The notes under the pieces: generated by a model
What the model was told of the DNA's origin: nothing
Database searches by the model: none
The model's input: only the letters and a program-made list of their open reading frames with translations
Assembly (NCBI GenBank): GCA_950097015.1
Contig: CATNEN010000038.1
Span: 34,224,001-34,288,000 of the forward strand
Direction: 5' to 3'
Source of the DNA: Macrostomum hystrix
Taxonomy: Eukaryota; Animalia; Platyhelminthes
DNA length: 64,000 bases
In this document: positions 22,905-34,429 of the stretch, piece by piece
How positions within the stretch are numbered: the first letter of the stretch is position 1
How the letters are laid out: every line of letters starts with the position of its first letter
Translations under genes and position numbers: made by a program

Positions 22905-23500
22905 AGAAGGATTGGATGTAGGGAGGCAAGAATTGGATGTAGGGAGGGAAGGAGTGGATTAAGGGAGGCAAGGAGTGGATGAAGGGAGACAAGGAGTGGA
23001 TGTAGGGAGGGAGGGAGTGGATGAAGGGAGGGATGGAGTGGATGTAGGAAGGGAAGGATTGGATGTAGGGAGGCAAGGAGTGGATGTAGGAAGGGAAGGA
23101 TTTGATGTAGGGAGGGAAGGAGTGGATGAAGGGAGGCAAGAATTGGATGTAGGGAGGCAAGAATTGGATGTAGGGAGGGAAGGAGTGGATTAAGGGAGGC
23201 AAGGAGTGGATGTAGGGAGGCAAGAATTGGATGTAGGGAGGGAAGGAGTGGATGAAGGGAGGCAAGGAGTGGATGTTGAGAGGGAGGGAGTGGATGAAGG
23301 GAGGGATGGAGTGGATGTAGGAAGGGAAGGATTGGATGTAGGGAGGGAAGGATTGGATGTAGGGAGAGAAGAATTGGATGAAGGGAGGGAAGGAGTGGAT
23401 GTAGGGAGGCAAGGATTTGATGAAGGGAGGGAAAAATTGGATGTAGGGAGGGAAGGAGTGGATGTAGGGAGGCAAGGATTGGATGAAAGGAGGTAAGGAG
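22905..23500. repeat. Purine-rich minisatellite, 21-bp unit GGATGTAGGGAGGGAAGGAGT-like
   Basis: About 28 variant units between the divergent BCO and acylphosphatase-like genes. Confidence 0.9.
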
Positions 23501-23775
23501 TGAATTTAGGAGTGAAGGATTAAATTGACTGCTGCCTTTTTATTTCTGAAGAAAAATAATTTGACTTACCTCGTGAAAGCAATTGATTGCACTTATATTA
23601 TTTTGAAAATTACCATAGATAACTAAAATGATATGTCTGAAAATGCGAAATAGCATATTTTGACAATGAAAACTCGTTCTGAGTTGAATTTTCATATTGG
23701 GGCGTAGTTATGATAAAAAAATCCTGTCGTTTTCCGGAACAACTACTCCTTAGTCTCGTCAGTATCGTCAGTAGT

Positions 23776-26154
23776 ATGTCGCACATCATGCCCCGCAAGG
23801 CCAGCTTAAAGCGCCGATTTTCTGGCTATTCGCTGCACTTCAAATTGGTGCCAAAATTCAGCAGCCTGTCGAGTGGCTTCAGCACGCGTGAAATTAGCGC
23901 ATCTGTGCGGCCTTTAGTGCTGCGGATTCGAGCCAAGGCACGCGAACTGCGTCTGACTGGCTACGTGCGGCTGGCGCTGCCGCAGTCGACCGGTCGGTAC
24001 TCCGCCTGGCTGGAGGGAGAATCATTGGGTCGCTGTCTGAATCAGGACAGCCTCCTGGTCTGGCTCAGCAACCTAGTCAGGGAGCCAGAGGCCGAACTGC
24101 TACCAAGGCTGTTTCTTAGAAAGTCCAGCGAGACGTTCCCTTACAGCCAAGGAGGTGAGGCTGAAGGGTTGAGTGCGAGGTGAGGGAGGAAGTGAGGGAG
24201 GAGGTGGGGGAGGAGATGAGGGAGGATGTGGGGGAGGAGATGAGGGAGGAGAAGGGGGAGGAGCTGGGGAGGAGATGAGGGAGGAGGTGGGAGAGGAGGT
24301 GGAGAGGAGATGAGGGAGAAGGAATGATACGAGGAAATAATTTATCGAGAAGGCGAGGCTGAAGGTTGTGTGGGCGGATGGAGAAGAAATGTAGTTAAGA
24401 GGTGAGGGAGAATGTGATGGGGAGGGGTAGTTAAGAGGTGAGGGAGAATGTGATGGGGAGGGGTAGTTAAGAGGTGAGTGAGAATGTGATGGGGAGGGGT
24501 AGTTAAGAGGTGAGTGAGAATGTGATGGGGAGGGGTAGTTAAGAGGTGAGGAAGAATGTGATGGGGAGGGGTAGTTAAGAGGTGAGTGAGAATGTGATGG
24601 GGAGGGGTAGTTAAGAGGTGAGGAAGAATGTGATGGGGAGGGGTAGTTAAGAGGTGAGGAAGAATGTGATGGGGAGGGGTAGTTAAGAGGTGAGTGAGAA
24701 TGTGATGGGGAGGGGTAGTTAAGAGGTGAGTGAGAATGTGATGGGGAGGGGTAGTTAAGAGGTGAGGAAGAATGTGATGGGGAGGGGTAGTTAAGAGGTG
24801 AGGAAGAATGTGATGGGGAGGGGTAGTTAAGAGGTGAGTGAGAATGTGATGGGGAGGGGTAGTTAAGAGGTGAGTGAGAATGTGATGGGGAGGGGTAGTT
24901 AAGAGGTGGGGAAGAATGTGATGGGGAGGGGTAGTTAAGAGGTGAGGAAGAATGTGATGGGGAGGGGTAGTTAAGAGGTGAGGGAGAATTTGATGGGGAG
25001 AGGTAGTTAAGAGGTGAGGAAGAATGTGATGGGGAGAGGTAGTTAAGAGGTGAGGAAGAATGTGATGGGGAGAGGTAGTTAAGAGGTGAGGAAGAATGTG
25101 ATGGGGAGGGGTAGTTAAGAGGTGAGTGAGAATGTGATGGGGAGGGGTAGTTAAGAGGTGAGTGAGAATGTGATGGGGAGGGGTAGTTAAGAGGTGAGGA
25201 AGAATGTGATGGGGAGGGGTAGTTAAGAGGTGAGTGAGAATGTGATAGGGAGTGGTAGTTAAGAGGTGGGGAAGAATGTGATGGGGAGGGGTAGTTAAGA
25301 GGTGAGGAAGAATGTGATGGGGAGGGGTAGTTAAGAGGTGAGGGAGAATTTGATGGGGAGGGGTAGTTAAGAGGTGAGGAAGAATGTGATGGGGAGAGGT
25401 AGTTAAGAGGTGAGGAAGAATGTGATGGGGAGGGGTAGTTAAGAGGTGAGTGAGAATGTGATGGGGAGGGGTAGTTAAGAGGTGAGGAAGAATGTGATGG
25501 GGAGGGGTAGTTAAGAGGTGAGGAAGAATGTGATGGGGAGGGGTAGTTAAGAGGTGAGTGAGAATGTGATGAGGAGGGGTAGTTAAGAGGTGAGTGAGAA
25601 TGTGATGGGGAGGGGTAGTTAAGAGGTGAGTGAGAATGTGATGGGGAGGGGTAGTTAAGAGGTGAGTGAGAATGTGATGGGGAGGGGTAGTTAAGAGGTG
25701 AGGGAGAACGTGATGGGGAGGGGTAGTTAAGAGGTGATGGAGAACGTGATGGGGAGGGGTGAGGGAGAATGTGATGGGGAGGGGTAGTTAAGAGGTGAGG
25801 GAGAACGTGATGGGGAGGGGTGAGGGAGAATGTGATGGGAGGGGTTGTTAAGGATGTCCAGTAAGAATTTCAGAATGCTGATTAGAATATTGTTGCTAGC
25901 CCATCACCCCGCACTGGGCCTTAGGTTCTGACGTCAACAGCGTCTGGATATGCTGCGACGCAGTCAAAGACGATCAGGATGATGATATCCACAGTTTCGA
26001 CTGCGAAAGTGCTAGCCCAATCAATGCCCGCAGCCGCAGTAGTCACGTCAGCGGCGGCAGTAGCAACGGCGATACAATGCCTGGCGTGCGCGGCTTTGTT
26101 ATCCAAGCTATTCACATTGTGCCAACTGATCGAACACCGTTTAAAGGGCTTTAG
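23776..26154 (+). CDS. Putative acylphosphatase-like-fold protein (2 exons: 23776/23788-24154 and 25925-26154)
   Basis: RAKARELRLTGYVR...LEG...LLVWL resembles the acylphosphatase A..LGL.GWVRN...EG...WL segment. Donor G|GTGAG at 24154 is in phase with acceptor TAG|GT at 25925. Exon 2 ends V..IHIV...PFKG. The canonical VQGVGFR loop is absent. Confidence 0.5.
24180..25850. repeat. Intronic G-rich minisatellite, 36-bp unit TGATGGGGAGGGGTAGTTAAGAGGTGAG(T/G)GAGAATG, ~40 copies
   Basis: 180-bp (5x36) periodicity; preceded by a GGAGGA-type low-complexity tract. Confidence 0.95.
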
Positions 26155-26346
26155 AATCTGTACTTTAAAACTGGTCGAGATTTGTACGTACTTGTCAAAG
26201 AGTCTAGTAAATAATTAAAAAAACAATTCAAAAAATTAGCTCTATCAGACAATAAGTAGTGTGGCAAAATATTTTTGAATAACTACGAACAAAAAACGAA
26301 GACTTTCTTTAAATAAATAATTGCTTTTGTACAAGTAGCAGTTTTA

Positions 26347-26778
26347 TCATCAGGAACTGGTGGTCCATCAATCATCAGGAACTGGTGGTCCATCGATCAT
26401 CAGGAACTGGTGGTCCTTCAATCATCAGGAACTGGTGGTCCATCAATCATCAGGAACTGGTGGTCCTTCAATCATCAGGAACTGGTGGTCCATCAATCAT
26501 CAGGAACTGGTGGTCCATCAATCATCAGGAACTGGAGGTCCTTCAATCATCAGGAACTGGAGGTCCTTCAATCATCAGGAACTGGTGGTCCATCAATCAT
26601 CAGGAACTGGTGGTCCATCAATCATCAGGAACTGGAGGTCCTTCAATCATCAGGAACTGGAGGTCCTTCAATCATCAGGAACTGGTGGTCCATCAATCAT
26701 CAGGAACTGGTGGTCCATCAATCATCAGGAACTGGAGGTCCTTCAATCATCAGGAACTGGAGGTCCTTCAATCATCAT
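26347..26778. repeat. Minisatellite, 25-bp unit ATCATCAGGAACTGGTGGTCCATCA, ~17 copies
   Basis: Direct tandem repeats. Confidence 0.95.
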
Positions 26779-27191
26779 CGCAGAATAAGACAACACAATT
26801 AAAAAGCTTAGTTAGCAACGGTAGGTTTTTGTACTTATATGTTCCGGTACTGATCTATCGAGTGCAAATAACTACCACTTTCTTTTTATAATTTAACTAA
26901 ATTTGCTAAAGCAGCAGTTGTTTAATCATCAAAACAATTAGCGACGTTTAATTTAGGAGTTAATCTTCTGATTTGTGGTTACTCATTTGAGCAGACTACC
27001 TATCGTTGCAGTGCTCAGAGACCCTTGCTGCGCAAATGGCCAGGCTAAAGGCTTTCTAGCCAATGAGCAAATAGCGAAAGAATAAATAAGACCTATAAAA
27101 ATGAAAGCCAATTAAGCACTTAAAGCAAGCTAGAAATGAAAAGTATAGACTGCTAACTAATTGGTGTTTTTTTTCTTTTTGCTGTAGAAAG

Positions 27192-29054
27192 ATGACAAGA
27201 ATTCCTAGTGATATCGGCTTGATCTTGATTGCCTTGGTTCACTTTGGTGAGTTTGTTAGACATTAAACGATCAATAATACAAAAAAGCACCAGTTAAACA
27301 CGACTCACCTGTTAGACACGAGTCGTCTAGCTGTTAGACACGAGTCGTCTAGCTGTTAGACACGACTCACCTGTTAGAATTAGAAGCGACTCACCTGTTA
27401 GACACGACTCACCTGTTAGACACGACTCACCTGTTAGAATTAGAAGCGACTCACCTGTTAGACACGACTCACCTGTTAGACACGACTCACCTGTTAGACA
27501 TGACTCAACTGTTAGGCACGACTCACCTGTTAGACATGACTCATCTGTTCGACACGACTCACCTGTTAGACACGACTCATCTGTTAGACACCACTCATCT
27601 GTTCGACACGACTCACCTGTTAGACACGACTCACCTGTTAGACATGACTCATCTGTTCGACACGACTCACCTGTTAGACACGACTCATCTGTTAGACACG
27701 ACTCATCTGTTCGACACGACTCACCTGTTAGACACGACTCGCCTGTTAGACACGACTCACCTGTTAGACACGACTCACCTGTTAGACACATTAGAGTGTT
27801 GCGACTCGCTTTAACGAATCACAGGCTGCACGGGCCCAGCTGTTCAGTCAGTGCTTGTCTGCGAATTCGAAGTTGCCATCATAAATTGCACAACGCTGAG
27901 CACTCAGCAGCAGCCACTCGTATCAACTTACCTTTCTGTGATTGAAATCAAATCACAGAAAACGGCAAATCCGACAACCTTCACGCTCCTGGCTGTGTTC
28001 GAGATACCAACACCATTAGCAACTGCTGGAGTGACAAGTCTGTTTGGGCTGTCACTGAAGCCTGTCAAGACCTGCCCGAGTGTTCAATTGCCGCTACCAA
28101 CGACATCTTCGGAGATCCCTGTCCTAATAACTTCAAGTACCTGTTCGTCAACTACTCATGCGTCGGTGAGACCATGCATGCGTAATGCGATTTTATTGAA
28201 GGCTTTTTTATCCTCTACGTGATCTCCCCTCTCAGTCTCTCTCCCAATATCCCCTCTCAGTCTCTCTCCCAATATCCCCTCTCAGTCTCTCTCCCAATAT
28301 CCCCTCTCAGTCTCTCTCCCAATAACCCCTCTCAGTCTCTCTCCCAATATCCCCTCTCAGTCTATCTCCCGATCTCCCCTCTCAGTCTCTCTCCCAATAT
28401 CCCCTCTCAGTCTCTCTCCCAATAACCCCTCTCAGTCTCTCTCCCAATATCCCCTCTCAGTCTATCTCCCGATCTCCCCTCTCAGTCTCTCTCCCAATAT
28501 CCCCTCTCAGTCTCTCTCCCAATATCCCCTCTCAGTCTCTCTCCCAATCTCCCCTCTCAGTCTATCTCCCGATCTCCCCTCTCAGTCTCTCTCCCAATAT
28601 CCCCTCTCAGTCTCTCTCCCAATATCCCCTCTCAGTCTCTCTCCCAATCTCCCCTCTCAGTCTATCTCCCGATCTCCCCTCTCAGTCTCTCTCCCGATCT
28701 CCCCTCTCAGTCTCTCTCCCAATATCCCAATATCCCCTCTCAGTCTCTCTACCAATCCCCACCCTCAGTCTCTCTCCCAATCTCCCCTCTCAGTCTCTCC
28801 GCAATCTCCCCTCTCCTCAGTCTCTCTCCCAATCTCCCCTCTCAGTGTCTCCGCAATCTCCCCTCTCCTCAGTCTCTCTCCCAATCTCCCCTCTCAGTCT
28901 CTCCGCAATCTCCCCTCTCCACAGTCTCTCTCCCAATCTCCCCTCTCCAGTCTCTCTTCCAATCTCCCGTCTTCTCTGTCTCTGTCTTCTTTTTTCCTTT
29001 GTCTACTCGTATAACTAATATCAAGCAGTCACACCTTGGATCTGGTTAAAATAA
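27192..29054 (+). CDS. Secreted SUEL lectin domain protein 2 (one frameshift: pseudogene or assembly indel)
   Basis: Exon 1 (27192-27246) is a signal peptide. Exon 2 (27825-28165) reads LVCE..C...IEIKS, then after a 1-nt gap at ~27955 AENGKSD...C...C...ACQ...C.I.A.N..FGDPCPNNFKYL.VNYSC, ending at donor G|GTGAG. Putative last exon 29029-29054. Confidence 0.75.
27298..27790. repeat. Intronic minisatellite, 18-bp unit CACGACTCACCTGTTAGA
   Basis: About 26 tandem units. Confidence 0.95.
28220..28968. repeat. Intronic pyrimidine-rich minisatellite, 25-bp unit CCCCTCTCAGTCTCTCTCCCAATAT
   Basis: About 29 tandem units. Confidence 0.95.
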
Positions 29055-29950
29055 TATGGGTCTATAATGGATCACGAATAACAAGCATATCAGGCAGGTA
29101 ATGTTGACGGTAAATGAAAATTCACTATTCGTTTTACTCGAGTAGTCTATTATAACTTGTACCTGCAACGTGTAGTTTAAATTTAAATTTCGTGCAATTT
29201 ATAGCGATACAGAAAATTTAGCATTGTTAACAGTTGAAATATACCTGCGCGCTAAATAATAAATATAAACGATCGGCTCCTATATGATCCTCGATCCTGA
29301 CAACGTAGATCCTGAGGACTGAGCTGCCTTGGAAAAGCGAAACGCCTTTGTTTTTTAAACAATGATATATTTATTGGAGGTAGATAGATAAAATAGCTAC
29401 AATTTACCATTTTTCTCTTGAATTAAGCAGCAACCAATGTTACTGCCTGATACTCGTACTTATATACTCGTAGCTTGTCCTATGCTGCTTGAATACGTTT
29501 GTTAAAAATACAGAAGCAATTTTTTGGCAGAGCTGCTTTTGCTTTTGTTTCGTCATTTAAAATATTTAAGCAGCTTTTCACATAAATTTTTAATTGCACT
29601 GCTTTGTCTTATCTACACAGCTATAGATGGTTGTTATATATCGATAAAAAAATTCTACCATTATGATGAGGTGACGAATTATTAAAATAGTTAGCCACTA
29701 ATTTATACCTATTTACCTACTAATAACGAGGTCAGAAAAAAACGAAGTAGAATAGGTCTAATGAAGCTTTTCAATGTACGCTCGTAGTATAGTTTTATTT
29801 GACTGTGCAAACAATTAACATCATCATCAGTGTAACAAAAGGCATTTTCGCATTTTCTAGTCGACCCGAGTGTCGTGTATCGTAGTTTTTTAAACTAGAT
29901 CTAATTACTTTATTTTTCTAGAAACGCTTCACATCAATAGCTTCCATTAA

Positions 29951-30358
29951 CAGTAGGACTACCAAGCCATTTTGCCGCCCGTTTTTATACCAAGGAATTC
30001 CCCCCCTGACAATTTTTGCTGCACCTGAACGGAACAATGCAAGCACACGAAACTCAAGAACACGGCCCAACTTTTTGTTGCGCATCTTCTGAAACAAGAA
30101 ACGAGTCGCCAGCTCTTCAGACCGTCGAGATATTCAATGTTTCTGGCCGAAGGTCCGATTTTTCCCATAAGAGCTAGTGTATTTCATACACCCCTATACA
30201 CGAATTTGCACTGTGCCTCAGTGCGGCCTTTCCAGACCTTCAAACTTTATCAGCATGTCACCCGAATGTGCTTGCATCATCTCGGACTTCGGCGGTCACC
30301 GACCTTTATCTAGACGGAGCAGCCCCTTGGTATAGTACCCCCCTTGGTAGTTCTACCG
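29951..30358. mobile_element. MITE family 'CAGTAG', copy 1
   Basis: TTAA|CAGTAGGACTACCAAG ... CTTGGTAGTTCTACCG; ~270-bp core similar to 60002-60535. Confidence 0.75.
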
Positions 30359-31590
30359 AACTATTAATTGCATCTTGACGGCTTTTTAGATAAGAACAAA
30401 AACAGTTACTCTTTGTTCAAAATTAAAGAAACTAGTCTTTGAATTACTATATTTAAGTATCAGAAAAAGTTTTTTTTGGTCATAGTTTTAGAAACATGAT
30501 TTCATTTATTTAAAAGCCATCTTCTCGCAACCTGCGGCTGCACAACTTTAAGGAAACAAAAATCCAGGAAATCGACATTCTCGGCTATAAAACGACGTTC
30601 TCACATTCTCAGCCACTCAGCCGCAGTCCTCGATTAAGCGAATTGCAATCGAATCGATATGCCTAATTGTTAAATGTCACCCAAGTGTTAGAGCAGCACT
30701 AGAAATCCTTTCTGGGATGTATTTCTAAAATGTGATGTGTTAAATTGGCACATTTTGTCAGTAAACTGCTTTAATTACGCGATTTAAAACAATAGGCCTT
30801 ATTGAATTAAATATACGCAACAATATGATATAGTGTAGACATTGTCAACAAATGATTCATTGACTAGTGATATTATTGCCAATGTAAATTGATCAGAAAG
30901 GATAGCGAGATAGAGAGATTCTCTCTCTGTATGTACAAAAGCATTTTGAGTATACATGTTGGTATTAAGAATAACACCAGTTTGTCACTAATATTTGCTT
31001 CAATTACTTAACCTGAATGGGAATTCACCAGCTTCACGTTTAGCAGTGATTTCAGCACCAATTCGCTCAGCAGTGAAAACAGGATTTGTAGTATATTGAA
31101 CTTTTACAAATAAACATGTGCTTCCTTTTATTGTACCATCTCATACAGTCATACTTAATAAATTAATTTGAACATAGGCCTACAATGCCTCAGGTTTTGT
31201 CTTGATAAAATTTACTGTAATAAGATAAGATAAGATAACTCCATAACATTTTAGCCTATTTTTGAATGAGTATGTAACAACTTGTCTAAAGAAGATTAGC
31301 AGATAACTTTTAAAAGACTAGTTAAATATTTTTTAGAAAAAAAAACTTTTTTGTCTTTGTTAAAAGTATATGTTACTGAATTTATCACTACTAAATGTTG
31401 AAGCTTTTTTCTTATTTTCTGTCTAATTAAATGTTTTCAAAACTTCTCTGGAAAAGGAACTGTCTGCAAAGTGCTGAGAATTCTTATTATCAATAGTTTT
31501 CAGTATTATTCCTAATTAGCAACTCTAACCTATTTCAGGTAGCTTAACTGAAAGAAATGAAATTGCCATAGATTGTTTAATCTAACAAAA

Positions 31591-32984
31591 ATGCTTAGCG
31601 TATGCCGCCGTCGATTCTGTTTCTATCTGCTGATTTTGTTAGCCATCATGTCCAGTACAGCCATCATCATGCTCACAAGGCATAGGCCAAGAAGGCTGTC
31701 AGCTTTGCCGCCAGCGAGTTACCACCAGTTTAGCACATTCCAGACCCCAGTCGGCATCACAGAGCAGCTGTCTCGCATTGTCCATCAATCGTGGCGCAAT
31801 GACGACCAACTGCCTGGCAGATTTGCCGCCTGGCGAGCCAGCTGGCTCACCTGCCTGCCTGGCTGGCAGCACCGACTCTGGACTGACGAAGACAACCTGC
31901 TGCTAGTGCGCCAGAAGGTGACTGATCGTGAGCTGTTTTTATTATATTTGACTGCATGGAGAGTCACTTTGTCTAAAAGTGGTTTTTTTTTATATTTTTC
32001 CAATAGTAATATAATTGATTGCAACTGCCCCAAACTGATCGGATGTGCAGCCGACAGCACAGCCGCAGCTATCTCAATGGGCTGGAGGGACGCCACACCC
32101 ACCCTAAATTAACCCAGTTAATGCTGGTACCCATTTAACAGCTGGGTGAACTGAAGCAATGTAGATTTAAGTGAAGATCTTGCTGAAGGACACAATTTGT
32201 TCCAAGGGAGTCAGGAATCGAACTTCCGACGCTAAACCATTAGGTTACAACCCACTTTTTGTCCTTAGCTTATTGTCCAGTTGGTTCGATTTTTGAACTA
32301 GTTCATAGAAAAGAACTCAATAATTAAGTTAATCTGTCAGCCAAAACAAACACAATACAGGCGCCGGACTTTCTTGATCACTACCTGCGCTACACTGAGA
32401 ACATTCAGCGTGCCGACTCGGTGCGCTATCTCTACCTGTATCATTATGGCGGCCTGTACACCGACCTGGACAACGAGTGTCTGCAGCCATTTGAGCACTA
32501 CCTGTTAGGCAATGGTGTTAATAGCTCCGTAGCTGAATGTGGCGTCCTGCTCAGCAGTATGAGCAGGCGCCGTCAACGTCCAGGCAAGCGGCCTTACATT
32601 GAAAACTCGCTGATGTTTGCTCGCCGACCGGGCCATCCGTTCTGGCTGACTGTTATAGAGGCCATGGCGGAACGGGCTCGTCTAGTTGGGTCCACAGTGC
32701 AGGAGACGGTGGACATCACGACGGGACCACAATTGCTCATGCACGCTTTTGATAGATTTCGAAATGGCGCCTCCGGTGACGATCGTCATGGCCCAGTTTG
32801 CCTGCTGCCTTCGAAATTGTTTAATCCGTTTTCGTGGGACACCGGCGTGGTTAGTGCTCAAGGACCGTGTCGAGATCTCAATCGCATGACGGACGCTCAA
32901 CTAGCTAACTGTCGGAAGCAGCATCGAGCTACAGCGTTTGTGCTGCAGTATCACGCGCAGAGCTGGGGTGCTGGCCGGCTCTGA
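31591..32984 (+). CDS. Glycosyltransferase, GT32/Gly_transf_sug (DXD) family, type II membrane protein (2 exons)
   Basis: Exons 31591-31917 and 32361-32984 join in phase 0. N-terminal TM anchor; RIVHQSW, W....WTD, QRADSVRYLYLYHYGGLYTDLD, HPFW, TTGP, H.QSW motifs (SUR1/Och1-like). Confidence 0.9.
32005..32252 (-). mobile_element. SINE family A (intronic, internally deleted)
   Basis: GGGACGCCACACCCACCC...GGTACCCATTTAACAGCTGGGTGAAC...GGAATCGAAC. Confidence 0.8.
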
Positions 32985-33702
32985 TAATGAGGAATGACAT
33001 GCAAAGCTGGGGTGCTGGCCGGCTCTGATAAGGAGGAATGACATGCAGAGCTGGGGTGCTGGCCGGGTCTGATAATGAGGAATGACATGCAAAGCTGGGG
33101 TGCTGGCCGTCTCTGATAATGAGGAATGACATGCAGAGCTGGGGTGCTGGCCGGCTCTGATAATGAGGAATGACATGCAAAGCTGGGGTGCTGGCCGGCT
33201 CTGATAAGGAGGAATGACATGCAGAGCTGGGGTGCTGGCCGGGTCTGATAATGAGGAATGACATGCAAAGCTGGGGTGCTGGCCGTCTCTGATAAGGAGG
33301 AATGACATGCAGAGCTGGGGTGCTGGCCGTCTCTGATAAGGAGGAATGACATGCAAAGCTGGGGTGCTGGCCGTCTCTGATAAGGAGGAATGACATGCAG
33401 AGCTGGGGTGCTGGCCGTCTCTGATAAGGAGGAATGACATGCAAAGCTGGGGTGCTGGCCGTCTCTGATAAGGAGGAATGACATGCAGAGCTGGGGTGCT
33501 GGCCGTCTCTGATAAGGAGGAATGACATGCAGAGCTGGGGTGCTGGCCGGGTCTGATAATGAGGAATGACATGCAAAGCTGGGGTGCTGGCCGTCTCTGA
33601 TAAGGAGGAATGACATGCAAAGCTGGGGTGCTGGCCGTCTCTGATAAGGAGGAATGACATGCAAAGCTGGGGTGCTGGCCGGCTCTGATAAGGAGGAATG
33701 AC
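32957..33702. repeat. 44-bp tandem array made from the glycosyltransferase's last codons, stop and 3' UTR, ~17 copies
   Basis: Unit GCAGAGCTGGGGTGCTGGCCGGCTCTGATAATGAGGAATGACAT; the first unit contains the real stop codon. Confidence 0.95.
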
Positions 33703-34429
33703 GTAACCGAAATTTATCGGCGAACTTGTCGCGATCGCAATTGTTTCCTGGAACCATTGTACGAGTACTTCGATGGTTTTCCATGCGCCTCTATAATTTT
33801 TGTTTGCACTTTTATATGCCAATCATGACCACTAATTTTAATCTAATCACGCGTGTTAAGTACGTCTTTCAAGTTATCAGCTGTTGTAGTATGTTATTAG
33901 CCATTCAATGTAGCCTTCTAAATTTTAACGTTCTCTGTTTTTAAAAAGTGCCTTACAAGAATAAATGACTGTTTGTTATCATAGACAGTGTATTAAATTG
34001 CATTTTTTGTAAAAAATAATTGTTTACGATGATAGTTATTTCGAGCTACAAAATTAAAAACCTTTTTGCGTCTTAATTGTACACAATTGACTCCAATCTA
34101 ATTGATCCGTGCTCTACGAACGTACTTTCCTGTACATCCAATAATAAAGTTTTAATTGGAATAGGTTTAGTCACGTGCTTGTGTCTGTTTACAGTAGAAA
34201 AACCTCGAGCGGGTACTGGTTGTAGGTTGGGCTAGGTTGTAATTTCGATCTGACTACTGCTAGTAGTATCAATATTTATGTAGTAATTAAGATGTAGTAA
34301 ATCAATCTTTAAAAAATGGTTACAGGCAAGCGGTAAAGTAGCTCGTACGTAGCAAAATTAAAGTACAATTCAACAAATTGTACAATAGCTAGTATGATTG
34401 TTTGTGATAATCAGCTGGCAATCATTCAG

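Noticed and set aside
31591-32984. Horizontal transfer of a fungal/bacterial-like SUR1/Och1 glycosyltransferase
   Set aside because: GT32-family genes occur in animals, the gene has a normal intron, and origin cannot be judged without a phylogeny.
34149-34166. 18-mer GTTTTAATTGGAATAGGT repeated exactly at ~53958-53975
   Set aside because: AT-rich with no extended flanking similarity; compatible with chance or a tiny repeat remnant, and no SL-RNA or snRNA structure is recognisable.
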